Shown in pieces: positions 51,501-64,000 of a stretch of 64,000 nucleotides of DNA (within the stretch, counting starts at the first letter, position 1; each line of letters starts with the position of its first letter). Made by a program: the position numbers and the translations under genes. Under the pieces are notes generated by a model. The model was given only the letters and a program-made list of their open reading frames with translations, was not told the DNA's origin and searched no databases. The DNA comes from Chiloscyllium plagiosum (Eukaryota): positions 9,465,306 through 9,529,305 of the forward strand of contig NC_057755.1 in assembly GCF_004010195.1 (NCBI RefSeq), given 5' to 3'.

Positions 51501-52747
51501 AATACATGATAAGTATATGGATCCTCGGAAGCACTGATGATCAAAGTAAGCTTCGTATAAATTCACTCCATTCCCACTGGTCTCTTAAGGTGACAGAACA
51601 GGTCAGTACCATTATTGAAAAAGCCTATCGTATTCTATGTTTTTGTTAGCCGAGATTTCGAGCAGGGAGTTAAAGCTGAGACTGTCGAAAGCATTAGTTC
51701 GGCTCGATTAAGGTCGCCAGTTCTAGGACCCACATTTTAGGAAACAGAGGATAACACTTGAGAGGGCATGAAGGATATTGACTAGGAAATTGATTTGGCT
51801 GGACGGTTTCAATTATTAAAATAGATTAAACAGGCTAAGTTGTTTTCATCAAAAAAAACAAGGTTGAGCGGGCATGATAGAGAAGTATCAAAGTGTGACA
51901 GGCATAGAGAGTGTGGTCATGAATGACCTATTGCACTTCATGGAAAAATCAATATACGGGGGCATTGATTAAAGCGAAGGGTGTGAACATTTATAGGAGA
52001 TGTAAGCAGAAATATGCTTTTCACCGGAAGGATGTTGGGAACGTAATACTCACTGGCAGTGAAGTTGGTAGAGGTAGGGATCATCAGAATATTTACAAAT
52101 TATTTAGGTGTGCAGTTGCAATGATGTGTCGGGTAAACAGATTGGGTATTTACTCACTGGGGTTTCGAAGGTGACCTCATGACACACACCGAATTCTTAA
52201 GGGGACTGACAGGCTCAATCCCGAAAGGGTATATCCCCTCGTCCGTCACTTCTCCATCAAAGCGTTCTTGAGGACAGAGCATCATCTCAAAATTAAGTGG
52301 CACAGATTCAACAGTGAAATGAGAATCCTTGTGAGCAATAAACGCTGAGACAGACAGATACTTGGTCAGTTGAGCAATCATAAGACCTTGGGAAGACGCA
52401 TGAAATTGGACATGAGAAATGTCAGATGAGCTGTTACCTTATAACATTGAGAAAGGCTCGAGGGAGAAAGGCACCTGCTCGTACAGCCAACAAGCATGGC
52501 TTTATTGTTAATCACGTCAATGGAACTCTCATGTACTTCAGCATTTGATTCAACAACAGTTTCAATGATATATTGTTCCTGATGTTGGGCCGACGTCATC
52601 CCTGTTTGTAAGCAATTACATACAGTATGTCTCAATGACTACTCCCCACTGGCCGAAACTTTGGTGGTCATAGAACATAGAATATTACAGCACAGCACAG
52701 GCCTTTCAGCCCTCGATATTGCGCCCACCTGTCATACCAATCTGAAG

Positions 52748-52954
52748 GGAAAGTGAGGTCTGCAGATGCTGGAGATCAGAGCTGAAAATGGGTTGCTGAA
52801 AAGCGCAGCAGGTCCGGCAGCATCCAGGGAAAAGGAGAGTCGACGTTTCGGGCATAAGCCCTTCCTGAAGAAGGGCTTATGCCCAAAACGTCGATTCTCC
52901 TGTTCCCTGGATGCTACCTGACCTGCTGCGCTTTTCCAGCAACACATTTTCAGC
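52748..52954. mobile_element. 207-bp palindromic mini-element derived from family 1 PLE terminal repeats
   Basis: Near-perfect palindrome ~52779-52956 centred on GCCCTTCCTGAAGAAGGGC. Perfect 16-bp TSD TCATACCAATCTGAAG at 52732-52747 and 52955-52970. Confidence 0.88.
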
Positions 52955-54193
52955 TCATACCAATCTGAAGCCCATCTAACCTACACTATTCCATGTACGT
53001 CCATATGCTTGTCGAATGACGACTTAAATGCTCTTAAAGTTGGCGAATCTACGACCATTGCAAGCAATGCATTCCATACCCTTATTACTCTCTGAGTAAA
53101 GTAACTACCTCTGACATCTGCCCTTTATCTATCACCCCTCAATTTAAAGCTATGCCCCCTCGGGCTTGCCGTCACCATACTTGGAAAAAGGCGCTCCCTG
53201 TCCACCCTATCTAACCATCTGATTATCCTATATGTCCATATTAAGTCATCTAACAGCCTTCTTCTCTCGAATGAAAACAGCCTCAAGTCCCTCAGCCTTT
53301 CCTCGTAAGACCTTCCACCATACCAGGCAACATCCTACTAAATCTCCTCTGCACCCTTTCCAAGGCGTCCACATCCTTCTTATAATGCGGTGACCAGAAC
53401 TGTACACAATACCCCAAGTGCAGACGCACCAGAGTTTTGTACAGCTGTAGCATAACCTCATGGTTCCAGAACTCGATCCCTCTATTAATAAAAGCTAAAA
53501 CACTGTATGTCTTCTTCACAACCCTGTCAACCTGGGTGGCAACTTTCAAAGATCTGTGTACATAGACACTGAGATCTCTCTGCTCATCTGCACTACCAAG
53601 AATATTACCATCAGCCCAGTACTTTGCATTCTGGTTATTATGACCAAAATCCATCACCTCATACTTGTCCGCATTAAAATCCATTTGCCACCTCTCAGCC
53701 CAGCTCTGCAGCTTATCTATGTATCTCTGTAACCTACAGCATCCTTCGACACCATCCACAACTCCACCGACCTTAGTGGCGTCTGAAAATTTAATAACCC
53801 ACCCTTCTACGCCCCCGTCCAGGTCATTTATAAGAATGACGAACAGCAGTGGACCCAACACCGACCCTTGCGGTACACCACGAGTAACTGTACTCCAGGA
53901 TGAACATTTCCCATCAACCACCACCCTCTGTCTTCTTTCAGCAAGCCAATTACTATTCCAAACTGCTATTTCTCCCACAATCCCATTCCTCCGCATTTTG
54001 TACAGTAGCCTACTGTGGGGAACCTTATCGAACGCATTGATGAAATCCATATACACCACATCAACTGGTTTACTCTCATCTACCTGCTTGGTTAACTTCT
54101 CAAAAATCTCAATAACGTTTGTGAGGCCCGACAGAACCTGCACAAAACCGTGCTGACTATCCCAAAACAAATTATTCTTTTCTAGATGATTAT

Positions 54194-55330
54194 CAACTTC
54201 AGCAAGGCATTTGAGAAGGTTCCCCATGGTCGGCTCGTTCAGAAGGTCAGGAAGAATGGGATACAGGGAAATTTAGCTGTCTCGATACAGAATTGGCCGA
54301 TCAACAGAAGACAGCGGGTGGTACTGGAAGGAAAGTATTCTGCCTCGAAGTCAGTGGTGAGTGGTGTTCCACAGGGCTGTTTTTGGGCCTCTTCTCTTCG
54401 TAATTTTTATTAATGACTTGGATGAGGAGATTTAAGGATGGGTTAGCAAGTTTGCAGACGACACAAAGGTTGGAGGTGTCATTGACAGTATAGAGGATTG
54501 TTGTAGGCTGCAGCGTGACATTGACAGGATGCAGAGATGGGCGGAGAGGTGGCTGACGGAGTTCAACCTGGATAAATGCGAAGTGAGGCATTTTGGAAGG
54601 TCGAACTCGAAAGTTGAGTACAGTCTTAAAGACCGGAGTTTTGGCAGTGTGGAGGAACAGCGGGACCTTGCTGAGCAGGTGCATAGATCCTTTAAAATTA
54701 CCACCCAAGTCGACAGGGTTGTTAAAAATCATATGGTGTTTTGGCTTTCATTAACAGGGAGATTGAGTTTAAGAGCCATGAGATCTTGTTGCAGCTCTAT
54801 AAAACTTTGGTGAGAAAGCACTTGGAATCCTGTGTCCAGTTCTGGTCTCCCCATTATAGGAAAGATGTGGATGCTTTGGAGACGGTTTACCAGGATGCTG
54901 CCGAGAATGGAGAGAGGTTGATTGAGCTCGGACATTTTTCATTGGAAAAAAGAAGGAAGAGAGGCGACTTAATTGAGGTGTATAAGATTATGAGAGGCAT
55001 AGATAGAGTTGATAGCCAGCAGCTTTTTCCCAGGGCAGAAATTGTTAACACGAGGCGTCACAGTTTTACGCTGTTTGGCGGAAAGTATAGAGGGGATGTC
55101 AGAGGCGGGTTCTTTACCCAGAGAGTTGTGAGAGCATGGAATGCGTTGCCAGCAGAAGTTGTGGAAGCAAGGTCATTGGGGATATTTAAGAGACAGCTGG
55201 GCATGCATATGGTCACAGACATTTGGGAGATCCTACATTAGTTTTACCTTACATGAGGGTCAATGGTCGGCACAACTTCGTGGTCTGAAGGGCTTGTTCT
55301 GTGTTGTATTGTTCAATGTTCTATGTTCTA
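54194..55330 (+). mobile_element. CR1 LINE 3' part of a different subfamily, inserted antisense into the minus-strand CR1
   Basis: FSKAFEKVPHGRL..GVPQG, FADDTK, ESCVQFWSP, with its own tail GTTCTATGTTCTA. The host CR1 sequence rejoins across it. Confidence 0.85.
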
Positions 55331-56374
55331 AAGACCAATCTCTTATAACCTTCTCCAACACTTTACCAACAACTGAAATAAGGCTCACTGGTCTAAATTT
55401 ACCAAGGTTGTCTCTACTCCCCTTCTTGCATAGGGGACCCACATTTGATATCCTCCAGTCCTCTGGCACTATTGCTGTAGACAATGACGATTTAACGATC
55501 AATGCCAAAGGCTCGGCAGTCTCCTCCCTAGCTTCCCAGTCGATCCTACGATAAATCCCATCCTGCCCGGGGACTTATCAATTTTCACACTCTGCAGGAT
55601 TTCTAATACCTCTTCCTAGTGATCTTTAAACCCACTTAGTCTAGTAGCCTGTATCTCAGTATTCTCATCGACAACATTGTCGTTTTCTAGAGTGAATACT
55701 GTCGAAAATATTCAGTTAGTGCTTCCCCATCTTCTGTGACTCCACACACAACTTCCCACTACGATCCTTGATTTCCCCTAATCTTACACTCGTCATTCTT
55801 TTATTCCTTAAATACTTATAGAAAGCCTTATGGTTTACCCTGATCCTATCCGCCAACCTTTTCTCATGTCTCCTCCTGGCTCTTCTGAGCTCTCTTTGTA
55901 GGTCTTTCCTGGCTACATTGTAACCCCCAAGCGCCCTAATTGAGCCTTTATATCTCATCCTAATATAAGCCTTATTCTTCCTCTTGACTAGAGATTCACT
56001 TCCTTCATACACCACGTCTCCCACGCTCTACAGCTTCCTCCCTGCCTGACAGGTGCATACTTACCTAGGACACACAGGAGCTTTTCCTTGAATAAGCTCC
56101 TCATTTCTAATGTGCTCATCCCCTGCAGTTTCCTTCCCCCTCCTATGGTTCCTAAACCTTGTCTAATACCATCGTAATTGCCTTTCCCCCAGCTCTAACT
56201 CTTGCCCAGTGGTATACACCTATCCCTTTCTATCAGTAAAGTAAACATAACAGAATTGTGATCGCTATCACTAAAGTGCTCACCTACTTCCAAGTCGAAC
56301 ACCTGGCCGGGCTCATTACCCAGAACCAAATCTAATGTGGCTTCGCCCCTTGTTGGCCTGTCTACATATGTGCG

Positions 56375-57357
56375 AAGTGCTTTGAAGGTTTACTCTTGGC
56401 ATTAATAAACTTCAACCGGCCTACTACTGTTGACCCACTCCAATTTGCCGATTGGCCAAACACAGCCACGTCAGATGAGATATCACTTGTCCTTCACTCT
56501 TCTCTTGAACATCTTGACACCGAGAACAGCTACATAAGAATCTTAATCATTGACTCCAGTTCAACCTTCAACACTATTATCCCCTCGATTACTGATTACT
56601 AAACTTAGTGATCTCGGACTAAGCCCCACTCACAACAATTGGATCCACAGTTAACTGACCTATTGACCACAATCAGTTAAGATTGGGACAATATTTCGTC
56701 CTCACTAGCACTCAACACTGGAGCCTCCAGGGGTGTGCACTCATCATCCTACTGTACTCGCTATATACCCATGACTTTTTGACCAAATACCAGTTCGCTT
56801 GTGATACCACCATAGTCGGTTGACAACAGATGGTGGGAAAAACCTGGAAAAATGGTGCACTGAGAACAACCTATCCCTTAATGCCGACAAAACCAATGAT
56901 AACATTATTGACTTTCGGCGGGATGTTACTCATGCCCACCTATACAATAACAGCACAGAGTTGGAACGAATGGAGAGGATCAAGTGACAATGGGTGTGAC
57001 AAGCTTTATTGGACCCTTCATGTGGATGCTCTGGTTACGAAGGCCCAACAACGCCTCATCCTCATCAGGCAGCTGAGAACATTTGGCATGACAGTGAAAA
57101 GTTTTATAGGTGTGCCATCGAGAGCATTCTGTCTGGATGTATCGCTACCTGGTAAGGCAAATGTACCTTTCAAGATCAGAAACGATTACAGAGAGCGGTG
57201 AACTCGGCCCAGACAATCACGAAGACCAAACTCGGATCTATAGAATTCATCTACCAGGGCCGCAGTAAAGGAAAGGTCGCCAGCATCCTCAAAGATCCTT
57301 CCCACCCTGGTAATGCTTTTCTGCAACCTCTACCATCGGGGAGAAGGTACAGAAGTC

Positions 57358-57404
<47 letters not shown>

Positions 57405-57665
57405 GCCAGTTCCGAAACACTTTCTACTTTATTGTTGTTAGGATTCAGAATGGACTCACAAACCCTTAGCATTCGCCTGTACCTGTGTTTCCGTTTTGCC
57501 ACTTTTGCCTATTATTTACTTTGCTATGCTTTCTGACTATGTGATCTGTATTGTTCGCAAGACAAAGCTTTTCACTGTGCCTCGGTACACGTGGCAATAA
57601 ATTCAATTCAGTTCAGTTCAATTCAATTCAATTCAATTCAGTTCAATTCAATTCAATTCGATTCA
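56375..57665 (+). mobile_element. Rex1/Babar-like LINE 3' half with an (ATTCA)n tail
   Basis: VDPLQFA..IDSSSTFNTIIP, TKAQQRLILIRQL, KVASILKDPSHPG; AATAAA then (ATTCA/GTTCA)n at ~57597-57665. Confidence 0.82.
57359..57402. repeat. (CA)n microsatellite
   Basis: Perfect CA run of about 21 units inside the LINE. Confidence 0.95.
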
Positions 57666-59249
57666 GTGTATGCTCATGAGATTGATCAAAACAATACCAT
57701 GCATGTGAGTTTATCTGTGAAAAGCCATCACCCAATTTCATTCCTAATCGACTTCGTCAATTCCTTGGTGGCTGGGTGAGTACTGAAGTGTATGATGCCT
57801 CCCTTGGAGCTTGTGCGCACTTGTCAGAGTCTCTCACATCGAAAAGAACGCATCCCTCTTCAGAAAAAAAAATGGACCGTCCGATAATTCTGCTGATAAA
57901 GGAGATTTATTATCCAATTCTTGCAACCATTGGTTTTCCTGGTGAGCGTTTTTAAACTTTCTCTTGTCAAGTTGCGTCAATTGCTTCACGATTCCAACCT
58001 ATTCGTGAAAGACTGTAACGTTTCTGACATCTCAACACTGCACTGGCTGAGGTTTCCAATAATGGCTTGTCAAGCTGTCTATCCACAATTCCATTCTTTC
58101 ACTGAAGAGATACATTTGCTGATATTCGCATATTATTGAAATTTGCAAACTGTTAATTGGGACAGAAAAAAGTAGGTGTAGACAGGATGGTTGGTCAAGT
58201 GAGGCAATCTTGATCGACTGGCTGTGATATTTGAATAGGTGTTGAAGATTTTAAGCACAGATGACGTGAAATTGCTTATCCCAAAAGTTTGGGAAGCTAT
58301 TGAATTCAATGCCTCAGAGTGTTGGTAGAAGGCGGAGCTTTGCCTAAACGTGAGGAGGAAATAGGCCGATTTATAAATCGGAGAGTTTGTTGGAAAATTA
58401 ATTTGAGGCTGAGGTGAGATCAGTTATGATCGTATTGCAATGCGTAGCAGTTTCTCGGCACTAAATGGTTTCCTCCCGCTCCCAGGTCTTCTTTGCTTCG
58501 AAAGATTATCTCTTGCCTGTTTGGATGACTTTCTCAACAACGATCCCATCAGAATGTTTCACAAGATTTTTCTCATGCTGGTCTGAAAAGAAAACTATAT
58601 TTTTGCCCTTAGCTGTACAACCACAAGTGCAACAAAATTAACATGCTGAGAAATTGAACCACCCTGATCATGCAAGTTTCATCCTTAATGTTGTTTCAAT
58701 GCACGAAAATAACAATGTTAAAAAAAACATTATATGCAATAAATTTCAAACATTTTTGTTTTCAATTTAAATATGTTGTTCCCACTGTTCCATCTCACCA
58801 GCATTCTCTACTGCAACAGTCAGTCACAGTACACATATACATTGTGTGTATGTGTGCGTTTATTGAAGCATCCTCCTTTCTTTTTTGTTTTTGTTCACTT
58901 CTGCTTTGTAATTTGGGTCAACATCTCTTGACCTTCCCTTCTCGAACCGCTGCGTTCTATGTGCTATAGGACGACTAACATTGCCCTCACGGAGGAAATG
59001 CAGGATTTTTGCCAACATTGTTCAGGCTTTGGAGAGTCAGTAGATCGGTTACTTTCTACAGCAATTCTAGCCTCTGTTTTTCGCTTGACGCCACTGTATT
59101 TATACAACGAGTACATTGTGATTGAGACAAAACAATACCAAATATTTTGTGCCTGATTTGATCAAATAGTTTACATTGTCACACGATTTCAATTATACAA
59201 TGTGGGCTAGAAGTGATTTTGAATGTAATTTAGTCCAACAATCCAAACA

Positions 59250-59509
59250 GAATCTTCAAAGCGCATCACATCCAGATTCACCCCATCTCCCTGCATTTCC
59301 ACCAAATATACTTATCACTAGACAAATCAGGGGAATTTAGCACGGCCAATACACACTAGTCTGCCAGTGGTTGGACTCTAGGATGAACCCTAAGCAGACA
59401 CCAGGGGAACATGCAAATTCCATACAGGCAGTCTCCCGAGGCCCGTATCAAACCAAAACTCTTGGCACTGTGAGGCTGCATTGCTGAGCACTGAGCGACC
59501 ATGCCGCAC
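59250..59509 (-). mobile_element. Old, diverged HE1-like SINE
   Basis: Reverse complement begins GTGCGGCATGGTCGCTCAGTG..GCCTCACAGTGCC, with a degenerate core (TTTGCATGTTCCCC, TTGGCCGTGCTAAATT). Confidence 0.6.
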
Positions 59510-59961
59510 AAATAAACTTCCATTTTCACCTCTGTACAATCCCCTGATGTTTTTAAATTTCCATTCTTCAGAGATTGCTAGGGTCAGACGGTTTGATGAT
59601 AAGAGAAGGAGTTCTTTTTTTATCACGCATTCCAATTATAATTCATGCTCTCTTATTGTGAGTTAATGATTCTACTCAGACTCACACATAGCTGTCCCCA
59701 AATCAAAGTGATTATTTGGCTTCGAACAACGTCAAAAAAAGTTATTTTCTTTAAGTAATTTATACCACCCTCTTACTTTATTTCTGTTTCTTGGAAATAT
59801 CTTTTGCCTTTGCCTTAAAATTCATCGCACTCTCCATTGGATATTTTCTCCCTGTTGCAATGATGCAAAATTTCAATATTGCTTAACATCGTGGTGTAAA
59901 GTAGCAAACTTCAGGCGAGCTCAAACAATGCTTTCAACGCAGGTGACATTAGCTATCCTGA

Positions 59962-62045
59962 AGGAAAAAAACAATGATTGCAGATGCTGGAAACCAGATT
60001 CTGGATTAGTGGTGCTGGAAGAGCACCATGTTCCAAGGCAGAAGATGAGGCGTTCTTCCTCCAGGCGTCTGGTGGTGAGGGAGCGGCGGTGAAGGAGGCC
60101 CAGGACGTCCATGTCCTCGGCAGAGTGGGAGGGGGAGTTGAAATGTTGGCCCACAGGGCGGTGTGGTTGATTGGTGCGGGTGGCCCGGAGATGTTCCCTA
60201 AAACGCTCTGCTAGGAGGCGTCCAGTCCCCCCAATGTACTGGAGACCGCATCGGGAGCAACGGATACAATAAATGATATTAGGGGAAGTGCAGATAAAAC
60301 TTTGATGGATGTGGAAGGGTCCTTTAGTGCCTTGGATGGAGGTGAGGAAGGAGGTGTGGGCGCAGGCTTTACAGTTTCTGCGGTGGTAGGGGAAGGTACC
60401 AGGTTGGGAGGGTTGATTGTAGCGGGGCGTGAACCTGACCAGGTAGTCACAGAGGGAATGATCTTTGCAGAAGGTGGAAAGGGGTGGGGACGGAAATATA
60501 TCCCTGGTGGTGGGGTCTTTTTGGATGTGGCAGAAATGTCGGTGGATGATTTCGTTTATGCGAAGGTTGGTAGGGTGCAAGGTGATGACCAGGGGTGTTC
60601 TGTCCTTGTTACGATTGGAGGGGTGGGGTCTGATTGGGGAGGTGTGGGATGTGGACGAGATGCGTAGGAGGGCATCTTTAACCACGTGGGAAGGGAAATT
60701 GCATTCTCCAACGAAGGAGGCCATCTGGTGTGTTCTGTGGTGGAACTGGTCCTCCTGGGAGCAGGTACGACGGAAGCGGAGTAATTGGGAATACGGGAAG
60801 GAATTTTTGCAAGCGGTAGGGTGGGAAGAGGTGTAATCCAGGTTGATGTGGAAGCCTGTGGATTTGTAAAAAATGCCATTTTGAAGTCGGTCGTCATTAA
60901 TGGAGGTGGAGAGGTCCACGAATGGGAGGGAGGTGTCAGAGACGGTCCAGGTAAATTTAAGGTCAGGGTGGAATGTGTTGGTGAAGTTGATGAATTGCTC
61001 AACCTCCTCGCGGGAGCATGAGGTGGCGCCAATGTAGTCATCAATGTAGCGGAGGAAGAGGTGGGGAGTGGTGCCGGTGTAATTACGGAAGATCGACTGT
61101 TCTACGTAGCCAATAAAGAGACTGGCGTAGCAGGAGCCAGTACGTGTGCCCATGGCTACCCCTTTGGTCAGGAGAAAGCGGGAAGATTCGAAGGAGAAAT
61201 TGTTAAGGGTGAGGACCAGTTCGGCCAAACGAATGAGAGTGTCGGTGGAAGGGTACTGTTGGGGACATTGGGAGAGGAAAAAACGGAGGGCTTGGAGGCC
61301 CTGGTCATGGCGGATGGAGGTCTAGAGGGATTGGATATCCATGGTGAAGATGAGATGTTGGTGGCCGGGGAAATGGATGTCTTGGAGGAGGTGGAGTGCG
61401 TGGGCGGTGTCTCGAACATATGTGGAGAGTTCTGGGACTGGGGGATAGGACAGTGTCGAGGTAGGTAGAGATGAGTGCAGTGGGGCAGGAGCATGCTGAG
61501 ACAATTGGCCGGCCAGGGTGGTCAGGCTTGTGGATCTTGGGAAGGAGGTAGAGCCGGGCTGTGCAGGGAACTCTGACTATGTGGTTGGAAGCTGTGGGTG
61601 GGAGATCGCCTGAGGTGTTTAGGTTCTGTATGGTCGGGGAGATGATGGTTTCGTGATGGGGGTGGGGTCATGGTGGCGGTAGGAAGGGGTGTCCTCGAGT
61701 TGGTGTTTGCCTTCAGCGGTGAAGAGGTCAGTGCGCTAGACTACCACTGCGTCCCATTTATCTGCTGGCTTGATGGTGAGGTCGGGATTGGAGCAGAGGA
61801 ATTGGATGGCTGCGTGTTGTGAGGGTGAGAGGTTGGAGTATGGGAGCGTGTAGACAGGTTGAGGTGGTTAATGTCCCAGTGGCAGATGGAAATGAAGAGG
61901 TCGAGAGCAAGTAATCGGCCAGCGCAGGGTGCCCAGGTGGATACAGTGTGTTGGAGGTGGGCGAAGGGGTCCTCGGAAGGTGGGCGGGAGTCCTGATTGT
62001 GAAAGTAAACTCGGAGGCGGAGGCAGCGGAAGAAGTATTCGACGA
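59962..62045 (-). mobile_element. Penelope-like (family 1) element; RT-GIY-YIG reading frame largely open
   Basis: 435-aa ORF 59921-61228 with GVAMGT, RYIDD, HRRNCKACAH and IIYCIRCSRCGLQYIGGTGR. Upstream MDIQSL lies in a separate ORF. 5'-truncated, with a deletion in the terminal repeat. Confidence 0.9.
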
Positions 62046-64000
62046 CTAGCGCTCATTCATGGGAAGATTGAATTGCGTGCACATGGGTCTATATAGTTTC
62101 TATCACAATTACTATTTACCCTTCTTGAATTCCCTTCTTACACCTTTTGCGGAAATAGCGTCAGCAACATGCAATGTAGAGTCAAAGGTTGTTGCACTCT
62201 ATCACCACCTCACACCCAATTAATAATGGTCGCCAACAGCAGCCCTAAGCGAGGACAATGGCATTCTGTGAAAAAAAGGAGGTGGTACTGGAATGCAGAA
62301 GCCAGTTTAATGGCACTATTTAAAACAAACAAAAAATGACACCGTCGTTATCCACATCAATTTGCCTGAGGTAAATTTCTGTCCCTCACTTGCTTTTGAA
62401 AGACAAGAAAGCCACATCCCACAAGCCATGCATTAGCTATTTCATTGTATCCTCTTTCTCATTATTTCGAATGGAACCCCGACCTCTGTTATCTGAATTC
62501 TCTTCTTTTGGAATGTGCCTAATCTCCAAGCTACAGAACTCTTTTTTTATGCATCATATGTTTCTCCCTGCAGTTTATCTTTTCAATTATAGTTTTTATT
62601 TCATCTTGGGTTTGCCTGTGTCAATCTATTGATCATAATCATTTTGAACGTTGAATTTCCTTCTTCAGTTTATTTCCTACCCTGATCGTTGTTCAAGTGA
62701 AATCTGTTCCTGTGATGACTATTTCACTCAACAGTTCTCTCATTTCTTACTACTGAATCATGCAAAAAAGGCATTCTGGACAATATGCTTGTCTGCGAAG
62801 TTTAGAAAATTCAGAAAATTCTCCATCCTTTCATTTGAATCTGTACGTAGGCTGTATGGATTGAATAGCTACGACCCGAAGTGAAACACTTGATCATACT
62901 TGTACGCCTTCATTATGTACAAAATGTACTCTATCTGTGTGTACACTACCCTGATGTGAAAGAAATTCCAGACATTGAGCAATTTGAGTTTTGTTTCCCG
63001 AAACTAACTTCATCAAAACGCAGGTATGTTTCTCTCCACTGATCCTGAACAAGTCATCGAGAATTTCTAGGATATTCTGCTTCCATTACAGTTATCTCTA
63101 TATGCAGAATAACATTTTTGAGCATGACTAGCTTATCGCCTTACCGTCTCAAATGGCTTCTGCAGTTTACAACAGCACAATACCTTCCAGAATGACTAAT
63201 GACACCTTATATGTCATTGCGTTTCCCCATCTGTTCCACAGTTTTAATTATGTTTTAGTTTTGTTAGTAACTATAAATCACTCATTGCATCTTCCTTTGA
63301 AACAATTTATTCGTGACTTTGAAAAAACATAATCACTTTTTATTTCAGCTTGCATTTCACCAGACAGATCAAGTTTCATGAACTTTCATCGTGACAGTAT
63401 GTTATCACTTCGGAGATTCAGCTGCTCGTCTATGTTTGACTCTGAGTGAGCGGTCACCTGGTTTGAGAAGCTTCCCCATCATGATGCATAGGTCCCTGTG
63501 ACATTTGTTGCAGATAAACAGACATCAGCAGAAATGGGAGAGGGTTTCCTAACCCTTTTTTTGCCCTTGGTAAGCTACTCTATCTTCTTGGCTTACCATC
63601 TATCTTTTCCTGGGCTCTTCCATCAATTGAGGTAATTGGCAACAGGCTGCAACAAGGTTGCCTCAAACTCCACAATGTATCTAAGTTGCAATTTTCTGGT
63701 AACCCATAACTCGCCATGCATCAAGTTAAAATGAATCATTAACTTTAGAAGAGTAGGGTGGCAACAAACACGTTCCAAACGTCTATTCCTTAATCCTCAT
63801 TCTTCTCTACTATCGCCGCTGCTATGCACTGAACGCCCATTGTCTGAAGGTTACGTGACTTCCCAATTTTTATTTAAAAGTCCATTTAAACTTGAAATTT
63901 ACTCACCCAAACACTTCTGAACATTCAAACGTCAAATTCTGCTTTTGTCACCGATCACTATTTAAATCTAATTTCATGTAATTGTAATGTAATAAACTGA

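Larger units (their letters stand above)
52670..56372 (-). mobile_element. CR1 LINE (APE end, RT, 3' tail), interrupted by two younger insertions
   Basis: 311-aa RT ORF 53292-54227 (DSQHGF, GVPQGSVLGPLLFVILINDLD, FSDATK, YCVQFWSP). Continues at ~55338-56372. Same subfamily as 24738-26485. Confidence 0.9.

Noticed and set aside
53292..54227. 311-aa ORF as a host gene
   Set aside because: It is a CR1 RT fragment with the catalytic FADD changed to FSDA, and its start lies inside another insertion.
54194..55330. Twin-priming inversion of a single CR1
   Set aside because: The segment duplicates a region already present, differs in sequence, and has its own 3' tail, so it is an independent insertion.
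57597..57665. CRISPR-like or functional tandem array
   Set aside because: It is a simple pentamer tail of a LINE, with no spacers, in eukaryotic DNA.
57670..57785. C-type-lectin-like FICEK motif followed by a GTGAGT donor
   Set aside because: In-frame stops lie just upstream and no other lectin motifs are present.

Overview
Repeat-dense eukaryotic genomic DNA, almost certainly from a shark. The evidence is HE1/V-SINE-type tRNA-derived SINEs with CR1-type tails; the (TAATC)n tail suggests a bamboo or epaulette shark, which is inference. The only intact host gene I can support is a two-exon class A GPCR of the GPR139/GPR142-like type (exon 1 21150-21216, exon 2 23208-24124, 327 aa). The ORF track misses exon 1. 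A divergent, multiply disabled paralog lies about 12 kb downstream on the same strand (35809-36764), suggesting a birth-and-death receptor cluster. The first ~13.5 kb is a pile-up of decayed Gmr1-type Ty3/gypsy LTR elements with integrase placed before RT. The rest is CR1 LINEs, Rex1/Babar-like LINEs, SINEs and at least three families of Penelope-like elements (PLEs). The PLE terminal repeats carry minimal hammerhead-ribozyme motifs. Two short fold-back PLE-derived elements (207 and 276 bp) are flanked by perfect target-site duplications, so they moved as units. Most ORFs in the supplied track are transposon remnants or spurious. Several older, heavily decayed LINE-like stretches could not be delimited reliably and are not listed. 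Family assignments are from motif recognition, without database searches.
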